From Octopus bimaculoides (Eukaryota): a stretch of DNA of 61,423 bases. The translations under genes were made by a program, and so were the position numbers. The stretch covers positions 52,962,456 through 53,023,878 of the forward strand of contig NC_068995.1 of NCBI RefSeq assembly GCF_001194135.2. Direction: 5' to 3'. Position 1 is the stretch's first letter, and the number at the start of each line of letters is the position of its first letter. Of the stretch, positions 60,768 through 61,423 are shown in pieces. Below the pieces are notes generated by a model, which was not told where the DNA came from, ran no database searches, and saw nothing but the letters and a program-made list of their open reading frames with translations.

Positions 60768-60800
60768 GAGGCTTGCTGGCCGAAACTTCGAAGTCACTAT
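60768..60800 (+). ncRNA. Partial hammerhead-like motif (family H4), 5' core absent next to a gap
   Basis: GA GGCT TGCT GGCC GAAAC TTCGAAG TC ACT. Stem III is the 10-nt palindrome ACTTCGAAGT, followed by C (GUC triplet). CUGAN is replaced by poly-G/N. Confidence 0.5.
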
Positions 60801-61335
60801 TCATACCTCTTCTTCTGTATTTGTATGTATCTGTGTGTGTGTGTATCCAACTCATACAGCGTGTTTCAAAATGGCGGCGCGTATAATATTTACAATTTAC
60901 AAGATCATGGACAGTTGCATACGATTGTTCCAGTCTTGGATATATGCGTTCGAAATGTGTCTCATCAATAGGAGAAACACTGTACACAAACACACACACA
61001 CACACACACACGCACAAAGAGTCTCACATGAATGTGTGTATGTACTCTGTACGTATGTGTATGGATGTATGTTCATACGATATATTTTGGAGGTGCACAC
61101 GCACGCACACACACTCACACACACTTACTCAAAGCTGTAAATGGTTAATGAATGTCTCGAGGCTTTGCCAGCGCTAATATATTCCTGTTCGTGTCTCTTA
61201 GGGAATATATTAGCAAATATTTAATTAATGGCGATCCTCTTTCTCTCTATGCATATGTGTGAGTGTGTGTGTGTGTAGATATGTCTCTGTACGTTTACTT
61301 GTATGCCTGTATATTTATATGTATATACATATATA

Positions 61336-61423
<88 letters not shown>

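Noticed and set aside
60864-60970. CAAAATGGCGGCG as a start codon (MAARIIFTIYKIMDSC...)
   Set aside because: The frame runs into CA/TG microsatellite, has no recognisable domain or splice donor, and has no supporting evidence.
1068-61177. Most ORF-track entries (poly-YI, CV, HT, L, H, I, X runs)
   Set aside because: They are translations of microsatellites and N-gaps, with no domain-like content.

Overview
AT-rich eukaryotic draft-assembly sequence with 17 N-gaps, nearly all next to microsatellites. It is saturated with di-, tri- and tetranucleotide repeats and with tRNA-derived SINEs of at least five families. This repeat content strongly resembles an octopus (coleoid cephalopod) genome; the species assignment is inference from recalled repeat families, not a search. 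I find no convincing intact protein-coding gene. Almost all ORF-track entries are translations of microsatellites, SINEs or N-gaps, so the window is probably intronic or intergenic. Decayed transposon coding relics are recognisable: an RTE-clade LINE RT C-terminus (5861-6210, -), an R4/Dong-type restriction-like endonuclease C-terminus inside (TAA)n (51122-51430, -), a Penelope-type GIY-YIG fragment (14290-14410, +), a probable LINE ORF1 relic (18178-18500, -) and hAT-like MITEs. The most interesting signal, invisible in the ORF track, is a set of about nine minimal type-I hammerhead-ribozyme-like motifs (CUGANGA-stem II-GAAAC plus a palindromic stem III). They sit in several short dispersed repeat families resembling Penelope-like element termini. 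One has an intact core (5753-5798), one family shares an A6C core variant in two copies, and one family has a 10-nt palindromic stem III with a GUC cleavage triplet. SINE boundaries are approximate (+/-10-20 nt), read by eye.
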